A stretch of 64,000 nucleotides of DNA from positions 1 through 64,000 of the forward strand of contig JAVECO010000012.1 in assembly GCA_051942205.1 (NCBI GenBank). The letters are read 5' to 3'. Every line of letters starts with the position of its first letter. Position 1 is the first letter of the stretch. This stretch comes from Coniocarpon cinnabarinum (Eukaryota). Positions 61,105-64,000 of this stretch are shown here, piece after piece. A program made the position numbers and the translations under genes. The notes beneath the pieces are model-generated. The model was not told the origin of the DNA and searched no databases. It worked only from the letters and a program-made list of their open reading frames with translations.

Positions 61105-63075
61105 ATGCACCTATTACGATCATGGTCACACGCCACTGGCTTCCTCTCCGTCTTCACCGTAGTCATGACCGTCCATGCGGCGCCGTCTCGAGATGCCTAC
61201 AGTGATCTGTGCCAGTCTATTCAGAGCATTCTCAATAGTCAGGTCTGCTACAACGGTTCCTCCTCGTACGCAGACAGTCTTCAACAATACTTCTCCATCC
61301 AGGAAGCTTCGCTCCATCCCAAATGCTTTGTTGATCCCACGTCCGCGCAGGATGTTGCAACAATCGTGCGCGCCATCAGTCAAGCACGGAAACAAAACAA
61401 TGAGATTCAGTTTGCGGTCAAAAGCGGCGGACACACGGCATGGCCAGGAAGTGCTAACATTGATGGCGGCATCACGATTGATTTGAAGAATCTCAACACC
61501 GTGCAGGTGTCTGAGGATCAGAAGAGCACCTCCATTGGACCCGGTGCTCGGTGGCGCGATGTCTATTCAAAGCTCGATGCCATGGGTCTATCGGTCGTCG
61601 GAGGACGTGCGGCTCAGGTCGGTGTTGGTGGTCTGACTCTTGGAGGTAGGTGCAAATCTCTGAGTTGACACAAGCTCCGAGAACATCACGTGGGACTACG
61701 ACATTAACCCAGCTCCAGGTGGAATGTCGTTCTTCTCTCCAAAAGAAGGGTTTGCTTGTGACAATGTCATCGAGTTTGAGGTAAGTCGGCTACATCTTCA
61801 CGAGGGTCTTGATCATGTCGGGCACCAGTCGTCACAAATCTAGCGCCTTTATGTTGATCACACAAATGCGTCTGCCCTCCGTAGCAATACCTTGTGGTCA
61901 ATTCACTTTCACGAATCACGCGTCGGCACTGGATGGGATTGCTGAGGATCAGTGCGTGCTGACAAGGCTTTTCTAGATTGTCTTGGCAGATGGCTCGATT
62001 CAGCAAGCCAACAACCAGACAAATCGTGATCTCTGGACTGCACTCAAAGGCGGCTCCAACAACTTTGGAATTGTCACCAGGTTCACTGTCAACACTTTTC
62101 AACAGGGCCAGTTATGGGGAGGTATCAATTTCTCCCCCGGAAGCGCCATTCCTTCGCAGCTCCAGGCCTTCCACAACTTCACCTCGGACCCCAATTATGA
62201 CGAGAATGCGGCTCTTATTCAGAGCATCACATACAACAGCACTCGAGGCACCATAGGTGTTGCAAATAACATGCACTACACTATTCCCGTAGAGAAACCG
62301 GAGGCTCTCAAGCCCTTCTGGAACGCAGAGTCGCAGTACTCGACCCTGAGGACTACAGATCTGCTAGATTTGACTACTGAGCTCGGCGCGTTCTCTCCAA
62401 ACGGTCGCGGGTAAGATCAATCTGATGAGACCCAAATAGCTACTGGCTATCACTTGTCGTGAACATGACTGACCGGTAGGTAGGGAGATCTACATCACTA
62501 CCACCTTCCGCAGCGACCCCACTATGCTTCAAAAAGCCTATGATCTGTGGGTTCCCACCACCAACAGCTTGTCTGACGTTCAGAACCTCTTTTGGTCTCT
62601 TATATTTCAACCGCTGCCGCCTGCAATCACATCCAAGACAGACAAGCACGGCATCGACCCCTTGGGTTTGTCAGGCAACCCTCCACTTGTTCTTGCTCTC
62701 ATCTCATCAGCCTGGGACCTCGACTCAGACACACCTCGTGTTGTTCAGACGGCTAAAAACCTGATCTCCAACATTGACAACGCCGCAGTCGAGACCGGTA
62801 CCACTAATCGCTACAGGTACCTGAACTACGCGTACGAGGGGCAGGATCCCATCACTGGGTACGGCTCGGACAATAAAGCCTTCTTGCAGAAGGTTAGCCG
62901 AGACTACGACCCTGACGGGTTGTTTCAGACGGGATGTCCGGGAGGTTTCAAGTTGTTTGATCAAGGATCTGACGTTCGTGCTCACTTCCACGTGCTCCCA
63001 AAGCGGCACCACCAACTAAAACTATTTTACAGGGCGCGTAAGCTCCTGGCCAGATTCAGGCACCTCTGTACATAG
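61105..63075 (+). CDS. Secreted FAD-linked oxidoreductase (BBE/VAO-type, FAD_binding_4), 4 exons
   Basis: Signal peptide; FAVKSGGH (covalent His-FAD site), VGVGGLTLGG|G, ALKGGSNNFGIVTRF, YLNYA...YDPDGLFQ. Introns 61646-61718, 61781-61976, 62411-62483. Confidence 0.93.
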
Positions 63076-63160
63076 TCGCACGTACCAATTTGGAGCGCAA
63101 CCCACGGTCAGAGCAGCATTTTCCCAAGATGTCCATTTGTTTGATATATACTTCTGACGA

Positions 63161-64000
63161 CTAATTTCGTTTGGCAATAACGACAACCTTGCTTCGGGGC
63201 ATTGCGACCCCTAGCGTTACCTTGTCACTAATCTCACCAGGCGCGACCCATTTTCCGGATACTGGAATCACCTTGTATTGCATACAAACTTGTCTTACCA
63301 CCAGTAAAACTGTTCTCTCCGCGAAGAACCTACCAGGACACATGAACTTGCCGCCTCCAAAGCCCTTGATGTTTTTGATATTCACGTCATCATCTATCTT
63401 TAGAAATCTTTCAGGCTCTAACTGATTGTAGGTGAGGCCATGTATCTTTCTGGAAAAATGGACGCTTCGCATTGGACAGAGAACAGTGGAGTCCTTCTTG
63501 AACAGATAATCTCCCACAGATGCGTCGTGGACAACCACGCGCGACTCTGCGCCACACGTGTAGCGACGTGTGCACTCGCGAAAGAGAGAACGAAGCAAAG
63601 GCATCTCGATGACGTTTGATGAGCTTGTTTCCTTGCCGAGGCCCTCTTCCACGGGGTTCGCATTTCCAATGTCATTCATAGGCTGATCCGGCGGTGCACA
63701 CGGATGAGGCAGACTCGTCGCCTCGTGTTGAAGCCTTCGAAGCAATTGCGAGTCTGAAATAGCGCTCAGCACCGTCCAAAAAGCCAAGCCTACAGTGTTC
63801 GAGAGTATCGCGTTGATGCGGGTGCATTCGATTCGAGCGATGTCTTCGCGGCTCAAGCTGTGCGCTTCCAGGACTCGCAGCCACGCTTTCGTGGATTCCG
63901 AGCTTTGCTGATGATTCTCCGCTGCCAGATATGAGACGTAGGCAGACGTTAGCTTCTCACGTCCTGAGAATGCTCTCGGAGCTATGTAACGTTGAAACAA
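63161..64000 (-). CDS. Cytochrome P450 (CYP7/CYP8-like fungal group), 5'-truncated by the window edge
   Basis: AILSNT I-helix, ECTR (ExxR), PERF, and heme motif FGGGKFMCPGRFFA. Confidence 0.9.
   Translation of the reverse strand: MFQRYIAPRAFSGREKLTSAYVSYLAAENHQQSSESTKAWLRVLEAHSLSREDIARIECTRINAILSNTVGLAFWTVLSAISDSQLLRRLQHEATSLPHPCAPPDQPMNDIGNANPVEEGLGKETSSSNVIEMPLLRSLFRECTRRYTCGAESRVVVHDASVGDYLFKKDSTVLCPMRSVHFSRKIHGLTYNQLEPERFLKIDDDVNIKNIKGFGGGKFMCPGRFFAERTVLLVVRQVCMQYKVIPVSGKWVAPGEISDKVTLGVAMPRSKVVVIAKRN

Overview
Fungal (Pezizomycotina-type ascomycete) nuclear genomic DNA with spliceosomal introns, so most listed ORFs are exon fragments or antisense noise; gene models below were spliced by hand. 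Three zones are visible. (1) An AT-rich, RIP-like block at 1-~620 grades into an accessory region: O-methyltransferase, amino-acid permease, an intron-hidden GNAT acetyltransferase, a possible 85-aa orphan, a TM/coiled-coil protein, a HET-domain protein, a PDR-type ABC transporter, a beta-propeller lactonase and a secreted lipase. (2) A compact housekeeping core (~25-50.5 kb): CDC73, AIM41, NUP170, class II chitin synthase, MRP51, RPS17, RTR1, BBC1, an F-box-like gene, EMC4 and AP-2 beta. (3) The probable edge of a secondary-metabolite cluster (51-64 kb): MFS transporter, PTH11-like membrane protein, an atypical P450, a FAD-linked oxidase and a truncated second P450; no core synthase lies in the window. 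The most unusual signal is in intron architecture: three long introns contain internal acceptor/donor sets, suggesting recursive or nested splicing. The clearest is a branch-TAG|GTGAGT junction splitting a 452-nt intron into 225+227 nt. No tRNA, rRNA, CRISPR or intact transposon was recognised. Family calls rest on motif recognition, not database searches.
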